The position numbers and the translations under genes are program-made. A DNA stretch of 63,435 nt, the filler included, from Octopus bimaculoides (Eukaryota), in assembly GCF_001194135.2 (NCBI RefSeq). It is 8 parts of 7 records of this genome, joined end to end, with 100 filler letters (N's around TTAATTAATTAA, not from the genome) between each part and the next. Parts side by side here need not be neighbours in the genome. Positions count along the whole stretch, not along the records: positions 45,662 to 58,846 come from NC_068986.1; positions 58,947 to 60,534 come from NC_068987.1; positions 60,635 to 63,435 come from NW_026298120.1; 5 more parts are not named here. One strand, given 5' to 3'. The first letter of the stretch is position 1, and every line of letters starts with the position of its first letter. This document shows positions 47,973 to 61,753 of this stretch, piece by piece. The notes beneath the pieces are model-generated. The model did not search any database. It was not told the DNA's origin and saw only the letters and a list, made by a program, of their open reading frames with translations.

Positions 47973-48404
47973 TCATCATTTAATGTAGTGCTATATTGTT
48001 TGTATGAGCTGTATGATTCAATAGGATCCAACAAGCCAGGGGATTGTGTCTTGTTCCAATGTCATCTTTAGCATGGTTCCTATGGCTGGATACCAACCAC
48101 TTTACAGAGTGTCGACTGGGTGTTTATTTCATGGCACCAGCATCAGTAAGATCTTCAAGGAACTCAGAAGACAAGACCTACCCACTTCAACTGAGTAGAG
48201 ATGCAGCACTGAGGAAGGTGGCTTGGTGCTAGGTACTGCGAGGTTAAAGAATAATAGAGAGACAGGAACAGGTGTGTTGCAGGAGAGGAAATACATAACT
48301 ACCCCAGTTGGAAAAGGAGAGAAAAGAGACAGAGGTGATGAGGCATCAGGTTGCAGCCTCAAGGTATAAGAAAGCGATATAAAAAAGAATATAATTATCA
48401 TCGT

Positions 48405-48860
48405 CATTTATTGTCCGCTTTCCATGCTAGCATGGGTTGGATGATTTGACTGAGGACTGGTGAACCAGATGGCAGCACCAGGCTCCAGTCTGATCTGGCA
48501 GAGTTTCTACAGCTGGATGCCCTTCCTAATGCCAACCACTCCAAGAGTGTAGTGAGTGCTTTTACATGCCACCGGCATGAGGGCCAGTCATACGGTACTA
48601 GCAATGGCCATGCTCAAAATGGTGTTTTTTATGTGCCACCTGCACAGGAGCCAGTCCAGCGGCACTGGCAACGACCTCACTCGAATGATTTTCTAATGTG
48701 CCACCGGCACATGTGCCAGTAAGGCGACGCTGGTAGCGATCACGCTCAAATGGTGCTATATACAGGCTACTAGCACGGAAGCCAGACAGTTGCTCTGGCA
48801 ATGATCATGCTCGGACAGTGCTGTTAGTGCTCCACTGGCACAGGTGCCAGTCATCTAATA
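48405..48860 (-). mobile_element. RTE-tail SINE family member with internal ~70-bp GTGCCACCGGCAC subrepeats
   Basis: Family tail at 48405-48545, then repeated TGCCACC.GCAC...GCCAGT...TGGCAA.GA.CA.GCTC units; similar units at 56730-56830 and 60634-60730. Confidence 0.7.
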
Positions 48861-50389
48861 GGGAGAGAGAATTGAGGGTAAGTCTGTAAGTTTGTGAAAC
48901 AGGAATGACAGATGGTTAGAGAATGGTGAACAGGGTTGGAGGTGTGGCCGGTGATAAAAACAGTTTGGAGGGGGAGGTAAAGGAAAATAAGAATGGGTCA
49001 GGAAGGAGGAGGTAATAGATGGGGGTGAAGAGCAGCAGTGTAATAAAACCATAAAGATGAGAAATAGGGAGATGATATGAAGTAGCCAAAGAAAGATGCA
49101 CAGTGACAGAAATGGGGGTTAGATGTATGTAGGGTATCAGAGATAGGGATCAGATGTATCAGAGGTTGTAATCTTTGTTGATTGTGATCATAATAGAATT
49201 GAGACAAAACAAGGATCAAATGATCGACTAAGTGCAAGGATGGTGATGGTTTGGCATGAAAAAAGCAGCTAGTCTACACTGTGAGGTGGTTGGCATTAGG
49301 AAGGGCATCAAGCTATAGAAACCATGCCAAAACAGACATCGGAGCATGATGCAGTTGTTAGACACATTGGATCCTCTCAAACTGTCCAACCCACACCAGC
49401 ATAGACATTAAATGGATATTAAATGATGATGATGATGACGACGATGATTGTGTATATATTGCATGGATATTGTATATGTATGTGCTGTATATATATCATG
49501 TGTAGCATGAATGGCAAAGAAGGTCTATAAGGGGTGGAAGAGTTTTGCACCTTGAAGTGGAACTGGATGTGTGGTTTATATTACTGTTTGTTTGTTTAAT
49601 CTCAGGTCAACTCTAATTGAGAAAGATCTACAATCACTAGCATTCCAACCGTGACCATCCTGTTTTTCCTATGTGCAAGCAACCCAGGACTCAACCATCC
49701 AACATGTCCATTTTTTAAAGATGGTAGTGTATGATTTGAGGGAGATTTGGCTGCTATTTCAAGCAGGTTGATTAACACCATGGTTAGTCTTTCATATATG
49801 TATGTGCAATGTACATGCTGGTATGGTACAATGTGGGGGTCCAGGCTGGATTAGAGCCCCCTCCCGCTAGCACCAAAGAAAGAAAGAGGAACCTCTGTGT
49901 GATCATAAGGAATACATTGGATAATGTTAGCGTTGTTGTTGTTGCAGCTGTTCTTACTACTATTTAATCTCCCCACTCTTTCCCTTTCCTTCCATATTCC
50001 TCCTTTATTCCCTGTCCGTGGTCAAAACAATTTCATTTGCCTAAGGTTTCATAATTATTAATTCATTTTAAAACTGTTTATTTCCTGTGTCAACAGTAAT
50101 TTTCTGCTCATAATGGATAATGAGGTTACTATATTACTATTTTGCTTTTTTAGAAAATAATAAATTCATCCCAAAGTGATTTCTTCCACATAACCTGATA
50201 TCTGATTACATTTTTCTATTTGAAGACTCTTCTTATCCCCTGAAATCTGCAATTGGGTATCATCTTTCAGCTAAAAAAACTTGTTGTTATGCTCTCACTT
50301 CTTGTTTATCTCAAATTACACTCAAAATGATCTTACACACCCTAATTACAATATTTTCTTATTTTTATGTTAGTGATTTTACAGAGATG

Positions 50390-50560
50390 TATAGACAAAG
50401 TAGGGGGGATATGCCTTCTGTGTAGACAAAGTAGGGGGGAACATGCTCTCTCTGTAGACACTGTAAGGAGGAACATGCCCTCTGTGTAGCCACTGTAAGG
50501 GGGATACACCCTCTGTGTAGCCACTGTAAGGGGAATAACCCTCTGTGCAGGCAAGATAGG
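50390..50560. repeat. ~30-31-bp minisatellite (CCCTCTGTGTAGCCACTGTAAGGGGGATA..)
   Basis: About five diverged units visible. Confidence 0.8.
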
Positions 50561-50813
50561 CAGGGATATATGCCTTAGAGGTAGGCAAGGTAGAAATTGC
50601 TTACCTCTACAAAATCTATAAACATTAATTAATTGATTGATATAAAAAAAAAACCTGGTGATTTCCAATTCATTATAAAACAATGCTAGTCTTATACAAT
50701 AATTCAGTAACAAACGACTATTTTGATAATTAATAATGACAGAAGAAGAATGAATACCAAAAGGTAATATTTATCCCTATTTAAAAGTGGATGTTGCATA
50801 AGAACACAAAATA

Positions 50814-51109
50814 CTGCATGTTTTACTATGAGACAACCGCTCATGTGGACTTGTGGTGCATATAAGCACTCAACTCACGTTTCTATCATTGAGGGGTGTT
50901 AACTGTCTGCTACGGCCACTGGAACTGCCAGATCACATGACTTCACGCTTCCTTGAGTTGGTCAATGACAGACGTCCAGTGAAGACATCACATTATCTTG
51001 CAGTTCCGGTATTCATAGCAAATGGTTATCACCCGTCAATGATATGAACAAGAGTGCTTATATGAACCACAAGTCCATATGAGTGGTTCTCTCAGAGTAA
51101 ATAGCACAG
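50814..51109. mobile_element. MITE with ~57-bp imperfect TIRs, TA-flanked
   Basis: TTTACTATGAGACAACCGCTCATGTGGACTTGTGGTGCATATAAGCACT versus the reverse complement of 51053-51101; TA at 50812-50813 and 51110-51111. Confidence 0.75.
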
Positions 51110-51393
51110 TATTCTAAATTCTAATGCCACATCCTTGTTGAGTGAGAGATATTTTGATGTTTGATTGATAAAATATTTCCTCACTTTCAAAATCAATGTT
51201 CATATTATATTTGATGTAAAATTATCAAACACACATTTTGTTTGTTTCTATCTAAAAATTATTTTGTGTGTGTATGTATGAGTGCGTGTGTGTCTGTAAG
51301 TATGTATATGTATGAATATTTTATCCAACAATTGGCAACATTTTACCAGACTTTAATATTCCTCATCGGTCTATGCAATAGTAATGATGTATG

Positions 51394-51435
<42 letters not shown>

Positions 51436-54038
51436 TGTGTATTTCTTCTATCTTAATGAATNNNNNNNNNNNNNNNNNNNNNNNNNNNNNNNNNNNNNNN
51501 NNNNNNNNNNNNNNNNNNNNNNNNNNNNNNNNNNNNNNNNNNNNNNNNNNNNNNNNNNNNNNNNNNNNNNNNNNNNNNNNNNNNNNNNNNNNNNNNNNNN
51601 NNNNNNNNNNNNNNNNNNNNNNNNNNNNNNNNNNNNNNNNNNNNNNNNNNNNNNNNNNNNNNNNNNNNNNNNNNNNNNNNNNNNNNNNNNNNNNNNNNNN
51701 NNNNNNNNNNNNNNNNNNNNNNNNNNNNNNNNNNNNNNNNNNNNNNNNNNNNNNNNNNNNNNNNNNNNNNNNNNNNNNNNNNNNNNNNNNNNNNNNNNNN
51801 NNNNNNNNNNNNNNNNNNNNNNNNNNNNNNNNNNNNNNNNNNNNNNNNNNNNNNNNNNNNNNNNNNNNNNNNNNNNNNNNNNNNNNNNNNNNNNNNNNNN
51901 NNNNNNNNNNNNNNNNNNNNNNNNNNNNNNNNNNNNNNNNNNTGTGTGTGTGTGTGTGTGTGTGTATCATCATCATCATCCTCCTCCTCTAACATCCGTG
52001 TTCAGTGCTGGCATGGAGTGGATGGTTAGAGAGGATCTGGCAACCCACTTTTTTTCCTGCCACCAGCACCACCGAAATTGCCAAGTTACTTGTGAGACAG
52101 AAAAGAAGAGGAAAGAGAAAAGCCCCTGTGTCTAAATAGGGGGAGTCTTAGGAAGGGCAAGGCGGCCTTATGCTGTGTGTTGAGTGGCTAAAATATGATA
52201 GAGGGACAAGCACAGGTGTCTTGCTGGTGAGGTGATACATTAACTGCCAGACATTATGTAAGGGAGAATAATAAGGGAGAATAATAATAATTGGGAAGAT
52301 GAAGATAGAGAAGAAAGATGGTAGTGATGGGGTGCCAGAGCAAACTCTCAAGTTGGATGAGTATATGATGAACAGGGGTGGATATTCCGAGTGTGCTAGG
52401 TGTGTGCTGCACACCCTTCGCAAATGGCAAATTCATTATGAATATTAACCTTACTCGTTAATTCAATCACAAATCTTAATGGAAAACTTTTGTTATACCC
52501 CTGCTTGAAATTTGATGGCATTGGATGTGGCAGCACACCCAGGACAACAACCACATGGTCAGTNNNNNNNNNNNNNNNNNNNNNNNNNNNNNNNNNNNNN
52601 NNNNNNNNNNNNNNNNNNNNNNNNNNNNNNNNNNNNNNNNNNNNNNNNNNNNNNNNNNNNNNGTATGGTGGGGTGAATTGGGGGTGGGGATAAATTTATA
52701 ATACACATATATAACATATATGGTAATGATGCCACATAAGGAAAGAAAAAAAAAAACAAGTACACTCTGTGAGGTGGTTGTTGTTAGGAAGGATATCCAG
52801 TTGAACCAACCAACCCATGCCATGATAGTGGTTGTGAATTAGTGTTATTGTCCTAAAAGCAGTGTTGTTCCTTTCAAATATTCTGCAGAAAAATGTCAGG
52901 CAAAGTCAGGAACTATTACTTTGTTTGGTGCCTGAAAACAAGTGAGGTTTGGCAACAACAATGGTATCTGGCTCTAGCCATAGAAAATCTCTCAAACTCC
53001 ATCCAACCCATGCAAGCATGGAAAAGCGGACGTCAAAATGATGTTGATGATTATACACAGACACACACACACACATCATTATTTCACACATACATTCATG
53101 CACACACACACATCTTTTGTGCGTGTATTATTTGATGTAAATATTTTTGATGTTGAAATCAAAGCAACCTCTTATCATCTGTAAAATTTATAACGGTTGC
53201 TATCGTTTGTCACAGCTACATTAGTTTATCGACCAATAAAGAATGTAAATATATCCATTGTTAAATATTAACTTGCAGTTTTGTGTCTTCTGATAAGACT
53301 TTACAATTCTATTTATTGGTAACTCTGATATAATTCCATCACACGTTCTTCTGATATCACAGCTTCATTCAATTTTCCAATTTTTCAAAGTATTTTTAAC
53401 AAATACCATTTTTCCTTTTATTAGCCAAACTTTTTATTTTGGCAATATTTGCTTTCACTTTTCACTACAAAAAAGCAAACATTGATTACTATTATTTGCA
53501 TGAACAGCCATCTTGGAGGGGACCAAAGTAGTAAATACCTCATGTTGTTATATCCATGGGTAGTTCATTGATTTGAACACAGATCCACAAAGTGACAGTT
53601 TGGTTTAGTCTAACACCAGACTGGCTGATGGCAACAGATGTGTGTGTCTGTATGTCTTCACCTTTCAGAACCAATCAACTGGTACAACAGCCCATTCATC
53701 TCTCTGGAGGCACTGATGCCAACAGATGGAGTGACACCATTACCTTCACATGTCTTCTGCACTCAAAGCCTTCATTCATCTAAACACCATTCAATCTCAA
53801 GTGTGGACTCCTGGTATGTAAGATGCAGCAGCAGCAGTGGTAGTGTTCATGCTAGTAGTTGTAGTAGTGGAGAGGTGATGATGGTGATAGAAGGATAGGG
53901 AGAAGAATCAGTGCCTAAGTGAGCTATAGGTGGCAATGGGTGAATCAACCAATGAAGTGGACAGCTTCTTTTGAATGTGGCACAACATGTTTGAATGTGT
54001 AGGCTGTAATATGGCCATAAATACTGTGAGCAGTACAA

Positions 54039-54071
<33 letters not shown>

Positions 54072-56386
54072 AACTTTAAATAGAGCTCAAAATTAATCCG
54101 TTGAAAATACTTTATTGCAACAACAATAACAATAATAACAATAATAATAACAAATAAATAGACCTATGTACATTTCGATAGAACATCCAGAATGATTAAT
54201 ACATATCATAAAATATTATAAAATATAGGATACTCCATCTCCTCAGAGTCCCATTANNNNNNNNNNNNNNNNNNNNNNNNNNNNNNNNNNNNNNNNNNNN
54301 NNNNNNNNNNNNNNNNNNNNNNNNNNNNNNNNNNNNNNNNNNNNNNNNNNNNNNNNNNNNNNNNNNNNNNNNNNNNNNNNNNNNNNNNNNNNNNNNNNNN
54401 NNNNNNNNNNNNNNNNNNNNNNNNNNNNNNNNNNNNNNNNNNNNNNNNNNNNNNNNNNNNNNNNNNNNNNNGAGTGACACCATTACCTTCACATGTCTTC
54501 TGCACTCAAAGCCTTCATTCATCTAAACACCATTCAATCTCAAGTGTGGACTCCTGGTATGTAAGATGCAGCAGCAGCAGTGGTAGTGTTCATGCTAGTA
54601 GTTGTAGTAGTGGAGAGGTGATGATGGTGATAGAAGGATAGGGAGAAGAATCAGTGCCTAAGTGAGCTATAGGTGGCAATGGGTGAATCAACCAATGAAG
54701 TGGACAGCTTCTTTTGAATGTGGCAATAGAGCTGCTGGAAGGCATTTTAATGCTAATGAAGCTAATGTTTGAAATTGGTGTAAACAGTGTAACAAACTTA
54801 AAACTGTGCCTCGTAATGAACAGATAAAAATAAAACCATACAATCAAGATTATCCATATCATTACATTTTTTCAGTTAGGAATATCCATATCACTATGTA
54901 TGTGAATGGTGTTCCATTACAATAGGTAGAAACTCCAAGCAATGTAAAATATGGCCCAAACCGTATTTACCAGCATGAACGTCAGACTTCAAAGGCTAGT
55001 TAACCATTTAATGGTTTCAGTAAATTTATACAGAAAAAGTAAGCATTATACTGTCCAACATAAATAAAAGTCAACTTCATTATATTTAAGTCATTATTTT
55101 TTTCTGCAAAAACCTTCTCTGACATTAAATGAGTCAACTTCTGGTACAAATGTTTATGTTTTGTACGTCTTTTTGCAACAACAAAAATTTCAAACAAAAT
55201 TCTGGAAATGATCTACTCATGTAATTTATGCACCCACTAAAGTTTGATTTTATTTTTGCAAAAAAAGTGTGTAAATTACATGGGTTTTTATAGTAAGTTC
55301 TTTGGGATACAGTTTTGATGATGCTACATGTGTAAGATTGCATGTGGGATCATTGGAGGTTATAATATGTAGCATTTGTACCAAGTTTGTAAGGTTTAGT
55401 TATTTAAGACTGTCTGTCATGAAGGAAACATTTATCATCATCATCATCATTTAGCATCCATTTTCCATGCTGGCATGGGCTGGACAGTCTGAGAGGAGAC
55501 GGCCAGGCCAGAAGCTGTACCAAGTTCCATTGTGTGTTTTGGCATGGTTCCTACAGCTGGATACCCTTCCTAATGCCAACTATTTTACAGAGTGTATTGG
55601 ATGCTTATTATGTGGCACGTAAAAATATTTAGTGATGTTTCTGTGGTTTGACGTCGGTGTCTGGGGAGGCTGACCGGAAGGGCGAGTCGACCGGAAGGGG
55701 AAAAAGGGCAGAGGGAGCCTCGATCGGGATTCGTGCCCTTTTCGAACGGGGTTGTGGTCAGGACAAGACGTGTTAAGCGACGGTCTAGGTTTGGGAGAGG
55801 CAGCTGCTATTCCTGGCGTACTTTGGGTCGGGGCAAGCTTCAAGGATTGGATACTGCAAGACAGACTCGCAGTCGAGGAAAGGAAAACCGAGGTAAGGCG
55901 ATTACATCTACTCGTACGCACACACTAAACCTAACAATAAGTCTTGTATTACTAACTACTCATGATTTCAACCCTATTCTCTTCTCAACGTATCTATTTT
56001 TGCATTATACTTACCATTATGCTCTCTCTCTCCCAGTCAAGGTGACCCTGGGGAAACAGTAATGAAAGCTGTCCTTTCTACCTCTGAGAACAATTGTGAA
56101 AAAAGACTTTGTTTTAAGACAAATTTGGCTTCTGTGTCATGTTTGACATTTTGGTTTCTTATTAAAGTGAATTACTTAGATTAATACTAACAACCTAAAA
56201 ATAGAAATAAATTAAGTACAATGATTGCTAATTAAATTAATGACACAGAGAAGCTATTAGTCATCATGGATTGAATATCCCCCCCAACCACCACCACCAC
56301 CACCCATATTAGCATGACTGACACTGAACTGCCCAACAACGTAAAGATTAAAACTTAAAACTTCAGAATCACAGCAAAATTTCATT

Positions 56387-56442
<56 letters not shown>

Positions 56443-57112
56443 AAAAAAGACTAGAATATAACAGAATGCAAAATTTAACAATTTGTTTTTATTACTTTGA
56501 AAAACTAAAATGAGTTTAAATCGTAACATAAAAATGGTGGTGCCCCAACATGGCTACACCTCTGGTAAAGCCAATATTAGAACAACAGAATCTTACCTCA
56601 GTAGATTCTGGGGTGTGTTTAACCCTTTAGCATTTAATTCAGTCATATCCAGCCCAAATATTCTGCCTGTTTTATGTTCAAGATGGTTAGATCTGGCCTC
56701 TCACACCTACCTTACAATGTCATTGTAAAGATGCCAGTGCCACCTGACTGGCTCCCATACTGGTAGCATGTAAAAAGCACCATTCGAGCATGGTTGATGC
56801 CAGTGCCACCGGACTGGTTCCCATGCCGGTGGCATGTAAAAGGCAGAATTTGAACTTGGAACATAAAACAAACAAAAGCATTTTGTCCAGTACAGTAACA
56901 ATTCCACCAACTTGCTACCTTTTTAATAATCCTTTCTACTAAAGGCACAGGCCCTGAAATTTTGGTGGGGGGGGATAGTCAATTACATCAACCCCAGTGT
57001 TTCACTGGTACTTAATTTATTGACCCCAAAAGGATGAAAGACAAAGTAGACCTNNNNNNNNNNTGAAATACTGTTAAGCATTTCGCCTGGCATGCTAACG
57101 TTTCTGCCACCT

Positions 57113-57183
<71 letters not shown>

Positions 57184-58729
57184 CCTTTCCACTAAAGGCG
57201 CAAGGCCTGAAACTTTGGGAGAGGGGACTTGTCGATTACATCAACCCAAGTATTTCACTGATATTTAATTTATTGACCCCAAAAAGAAAGGTAAAGTCAA
57301 CCACAGCAGAACTTAAACTCAGAGATAGACATGCTTGGCATTTTGCCTAGCATGCTAACGATTCTGCCATCTCACTACCTTTAATAATATCAATAACACT
57401 AACAAAATTAGCAGGTAAAATATAAGTGACTATGATAAACTTTGGGGCTACATAATACTTTATTGCAGAGCTAAAAGACCCTAATAAAATTGCTGTGTAA
57501 TTTTATATTCTACTATTCTGTTTTTTTCTTTTCTTTTCAGTATGAATTACAGGTTTTCATAAAATCCTGTCAAAAAAAAACAAAAAAACTAAACATTATT
57601 TGTGTGTAAAACACATTGCTAAACAAAGGAAGTAATGAAATTGTTTATTCTGATATTGTAAGAGAAAATAGCTGTAATGTTGTTGGTTGTAAAAGAGTTA
57701 AGTTCTTCCTGAAAACAAATTTCAGTGTAACAGCTCTGGAATCATATAATTAGTTCCTACACATTTGATAGCATGCCATCTATCAGTTTAGCCTGAAGTG
57801 CCAAGATTGTTTTCATTTCACCAGATGCTTCTTCTATAACATCTATTGGTTGGAGAGTTACTTCTCAGAAACTCTAGAAGAGAGAGAGAAAGGAAAAAAA
57901 AAAGAAAAACAAAAAAAGGAGAAGAAAAAGAAACTGAATTTAAAAACGTGAAGATTACTCTCCTAAGTAATTAACTTTTCCAAAGTTTCCCCAAGTAAGC
58001 CTGCCCAGGGATTGAGTTGTGTGCAACTTCTTTTACTTTCAAAGCACTTTACAGCTGATGAATTAAGGTAAGCTGTTGTTGTTGCTGTTGTTGTGTGTTT
58101 CTTTTTTTATATATTTTTTTATTATGAAGTAACTGTCTACATTTGATATTTTCAAGACAAGATAGAAATGTGTTTAGCAAAGACCTGTTGTCATGTGTGT
58201 TAACTATTGAAGTAAAACACAAACTTCAACAGTAAAGATAACAAGCCTTATGTTTATTATTATTTAGACAGCTGTAACCATTCACTTAAAAATTTATTCT
58301 AAACAGTTGGAAATTATTCTGAATTCAGTACATTGGTGACAATTCTATAGCAGAGAACAACTGGTGTCTTCAATAAATTGTAAATCTATCCTATCAGAAT
58401 ATCTTCTGTGTGTTTTATTGCCCCATCTTATCTGTTGGAATAGGCACACACAATACTTAACACTTAACCCCCATACAATATTTCTTGTTGAACAATGTGA
58501 GTAGAGATTTATTTACTCTTTAGCATGTGTATATACACACACACACACACACGTTTTTATTTATGATGGTAATGATGGCAGTTTTATGGCCGCTTCTATT
58601 GTGTATTTTGTGCTGTTACTGATTTACATGACAGCACTGCTAGCTTTACTGAACTGGCAGAATAAGGATTTGCTTACAGAATGGGCAGTCATTGACTGAT
58701 ATTACAATAAACCCTAAGGTGGCAAGCTG

Positions 58730-58846
58730 GCAGAATCGTTAGCAGAATCGTTAGCAGAATCGTTAGCAGAATCGTTAGCAGAATCGTTAGCAGAATCGTT
58801 AGCAGAATCGTTAGCAGAATCGTTAGCAGAATCGTTAGCAGAATCG
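58730..58846 (+). repeat. Perfect (AGCAGAATCGTT)n array, ~9.7 units, derived from a SINE head
   Basis: Follows GGTGGCAAGCTGGCAGAATCGTT and runs into a scaffold gap. Confidence 0.9.
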
Positions 58847-59177
58847 NNNNNNNNNNNNNNNNNNNNNNNNNNNNNNNNNNNNNNNNNNNNTTAATTAATT
58901 AANNNNNNNNNNNNNNNNNNNNNNNNNNNNNNNNNNNNNNNNNNNNCTTTTCGTAGGTTTTTCTTTCCACGGATAACCTCCCCATTTATTGGGAATTTTC
59001 TGTATTATTTCATATTTTTTTTTGTAAATACCCCAAACGTTTTGCGATGTTCTTTTTCCATCGTTGTCCCCACTTTTGTTTTTTTTTCTGCTTTGTTTTC
59101 GACCCCCTCGAAAAGAAAAACTCTACATTTGTATTTTGTCCCCTCTGTGTTGAGCCCTGTGTGGCTAATAAAGAAAC

Positions 59178-59216
<39 letters not shown>

Positions 59217-59217
59217 C

Positions 59218-59251
<34 letters not shown>

Positions 59252-59344
59252 GTCTGTCTACCTGTCTGTCTATCAACTCATCTATCTATCTGTCTATCTG
59301 TCTGCCTGTCTGTCTGTCTGTCTGTCTGTCTGCCTGTCTCAACG

Positions 59345-59628
59345 GGGCAACAAAGCCACCATAGGTCCCTGACAGATGAACAGGGGCGCGAATTACTCGA
59401 GCCTGGAAAGATGTGTGAGGCCTTCCAACAACATTTTGCCCGACTGTTCGGGACAACTGGTGGGTCAGAACGCAGAGTGGACTTTAGTGCCTACCTGGAT
59501 AGCCTGCCACGACTCTCGGCAAGAGAGGCGGAGTGTTGTGAAAAATCCATCACAGCCGCGGACGTACGGGATGCGATGGCAGGCTGTGCGGGTAACAAGT
59601 CGCCAGGCTTGGATGGTCTGCCCTACGT
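59345..59628 (+). mobile_element. Tx1/L1-clade LINE ORF2 fragment
   Basis: LTDEQGRELLEPGKMCEAFQQHFARLF...YLDSLPRLSAREAECCEKSITAADVRDAMAGCAGNKSPGLDGLPY matches the endonuclease-RT linker (KSPGxDGLPxE) of Tx1-like elements. Confidence 0.85.
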
Positions 59629-60223
59629 ACCCATACACATATCCACACATTCCGACTCCGTCTACGTACACATGCCAACATCACCCCCCTTCAGACTGCC
59701 TCTCAAATACCCTTCAACTGCCCCAACTACTACTGACCATCCCATCTACGCGCATGTGCAAAAACACACAACCACCCATACATACACCCGTCACCATAGC
59801 TGTTGACCTCTCACTATGACATTAACAGATACACACAGATCACTCACGTAAGCACATATAAACAGAGTTACCACCACACGCACACACGCTATCACGCACA
59901 CATACGAAATCAGTTACTGCCACACAAACACACGCTACCTTACATACACACAGTATGACATACACATACCACCAGCACACGCACACACACACACACACAC
60001 ACACTCAGTTACTGCCATACACACACGCTATCACACACACACACATATCACCGCGCACACACCCACACATACCCACATATACCAACCATTCTTCACACAT
60101 TCCTGTCCCAGAAAGCACTTTCTCTTTGTCCATCTACTTCCGGTCATTCCAAAAAATACCTACACGTGGACTATTAGCCTTTTTTTATCCTCTTTCCTTT
60201 TCTTTTGGACTTTCCTGTCTCCT

Positions 60224-60258
60224 GTTTCCGAAGAAGAGCTTTGCTCGAAGCATAAAAC
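60224..60258 (+). ncRNA. Decayed hammerhead motif in a Penelope-like terminal repeat
   Basis: GUUU-CCGAAGA-A-GAGC(UUU)GCUC-GAAGC-AUA|AAAC; three core changes, probably inactive; retains A6. Confidence 0.45.
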
Positions 60259-60370
60259 AACCACACTTTCTTTTTCCTTCTGTGAGCGTCTTATTAATAC
60301 TTTGCATGTACCACGTCCTCGCGTTGTTGTTTTTCCTTGTCATTTTTCTCCGTTTTTTAAATTATTAACT

Positions 60371-60448
<78 letters not shown>

Positions 60449-60788
60449 ATACCTTGTGTTCTGGATTCGAGATACGAAAATTGCGATGCGGATGACACTT
60501 ATTGAGGCAGAAACACTTGTTAACAGCTGTTTTCNNNNNNNNNNNNNNNNNNNNNNNNNNNNNNNNNNNNNNNNNNNNTTAATTAATTAANNNNNNNNNN
60601 NNNNNNNNNNNNNNNNNNNNNNNNNNNNNNNNNNGAGAGTGTAGTGGGTGCTTTTACATGCCACTGGCACAAAGGCCAGTCAGGAGGTACTGGCAACGGC
60701 CACAGTCAAAATGGTGTATTTTAAGTGCCATTAAACAGATCAATAAAATATTAGAGAGAGTGTATATAATATGTATTTGTTAACTAAC

Positions 60789-60825
60789 CTGGGACAGCAT
60801 CAAAGTCACCACATCATAGCGTTCG
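60789..60825 (-). CDS. Ankyrin-repeat protein, 37-nt internal exon
   Basis: Long pyrimidine tract + TTTCAG acceptor; (N)ERYDVVTLMLSQ; donor CAG|GTTAGT. Phase 2 start matches the 61754 exon and completes HLAVRNERYDVVTLML. Confidence 0.8.
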
Positions 60826-61753
60826 CTGAAATTTATGGAAAGAGGAAAGAAAAACATGAAAAATACAAACATCACAGAGATTAAGATAATTAATAGTTAT
60901 TAGGTCATTAGAGAAAACAAATGTAATTAGGTCATCACAACCTAATTACAGCAATTATTACACACACACATTCATTCAATACACACTCTACACAATAGAA
61001 CAATGATATATACACCCCTAAGTATACACAGAAATGTATATATGGTACAATAAACATATATTATATAAACTTGAAATTTAGGAGTGAAAGAAGGGATACA
61101 GTTAATTATATGGACCACAGTAAATGACTGGTATTGCATTTTCTCAACCTTGCAAAGATGGAAGGACAAGTTGACCTTGGCAGGATTTGAACTCAGAACA
61201 TAAAGAGTCGTAAATAAATACCACAAGGTAGTTTGTCCAACAGTAATAAGACAAGGATCAGAGAGGAGAGGGAGAACAGTTTATGAAATAAACTCCTGGA
61301 TGTTACTGGTACAGATTATGTTGACCCCAGAGTGGTAACAGATACTCTGGCAAGATTTGAACATGGAACATAAAGAGACAAATGTAAATACTGTAAGGGG
61401 ATGATTCTGTATTTAGCCCAGGGTCAGAGGAAAGATGGAAACAAAAAGAGAGAGAGAAAGAGAATGCAGTTCTGCATGGGATGAAAGGAAGAAAAGGGAG
61501 GATTTGAACCTGTAACCTTGAGGTAACGGAGGATGAGATGAATTAGAGAGTCCAGTCAGGCAACAACAACAGCAATTAAGGTGATGATTAATTAATGAAG
61601 TAGATTACAGTGCCATTACAATGTGAAAGAGAGAAGAACGACAACAACTCCATGGTGGGATTATGACATGACTGACTCATTGAAAAAGGGACCAACATTA
61701 TTGAAAGTGTAAAAGAAACAGATTTGGATATTCCAGAATCAATAGGGACTTAC

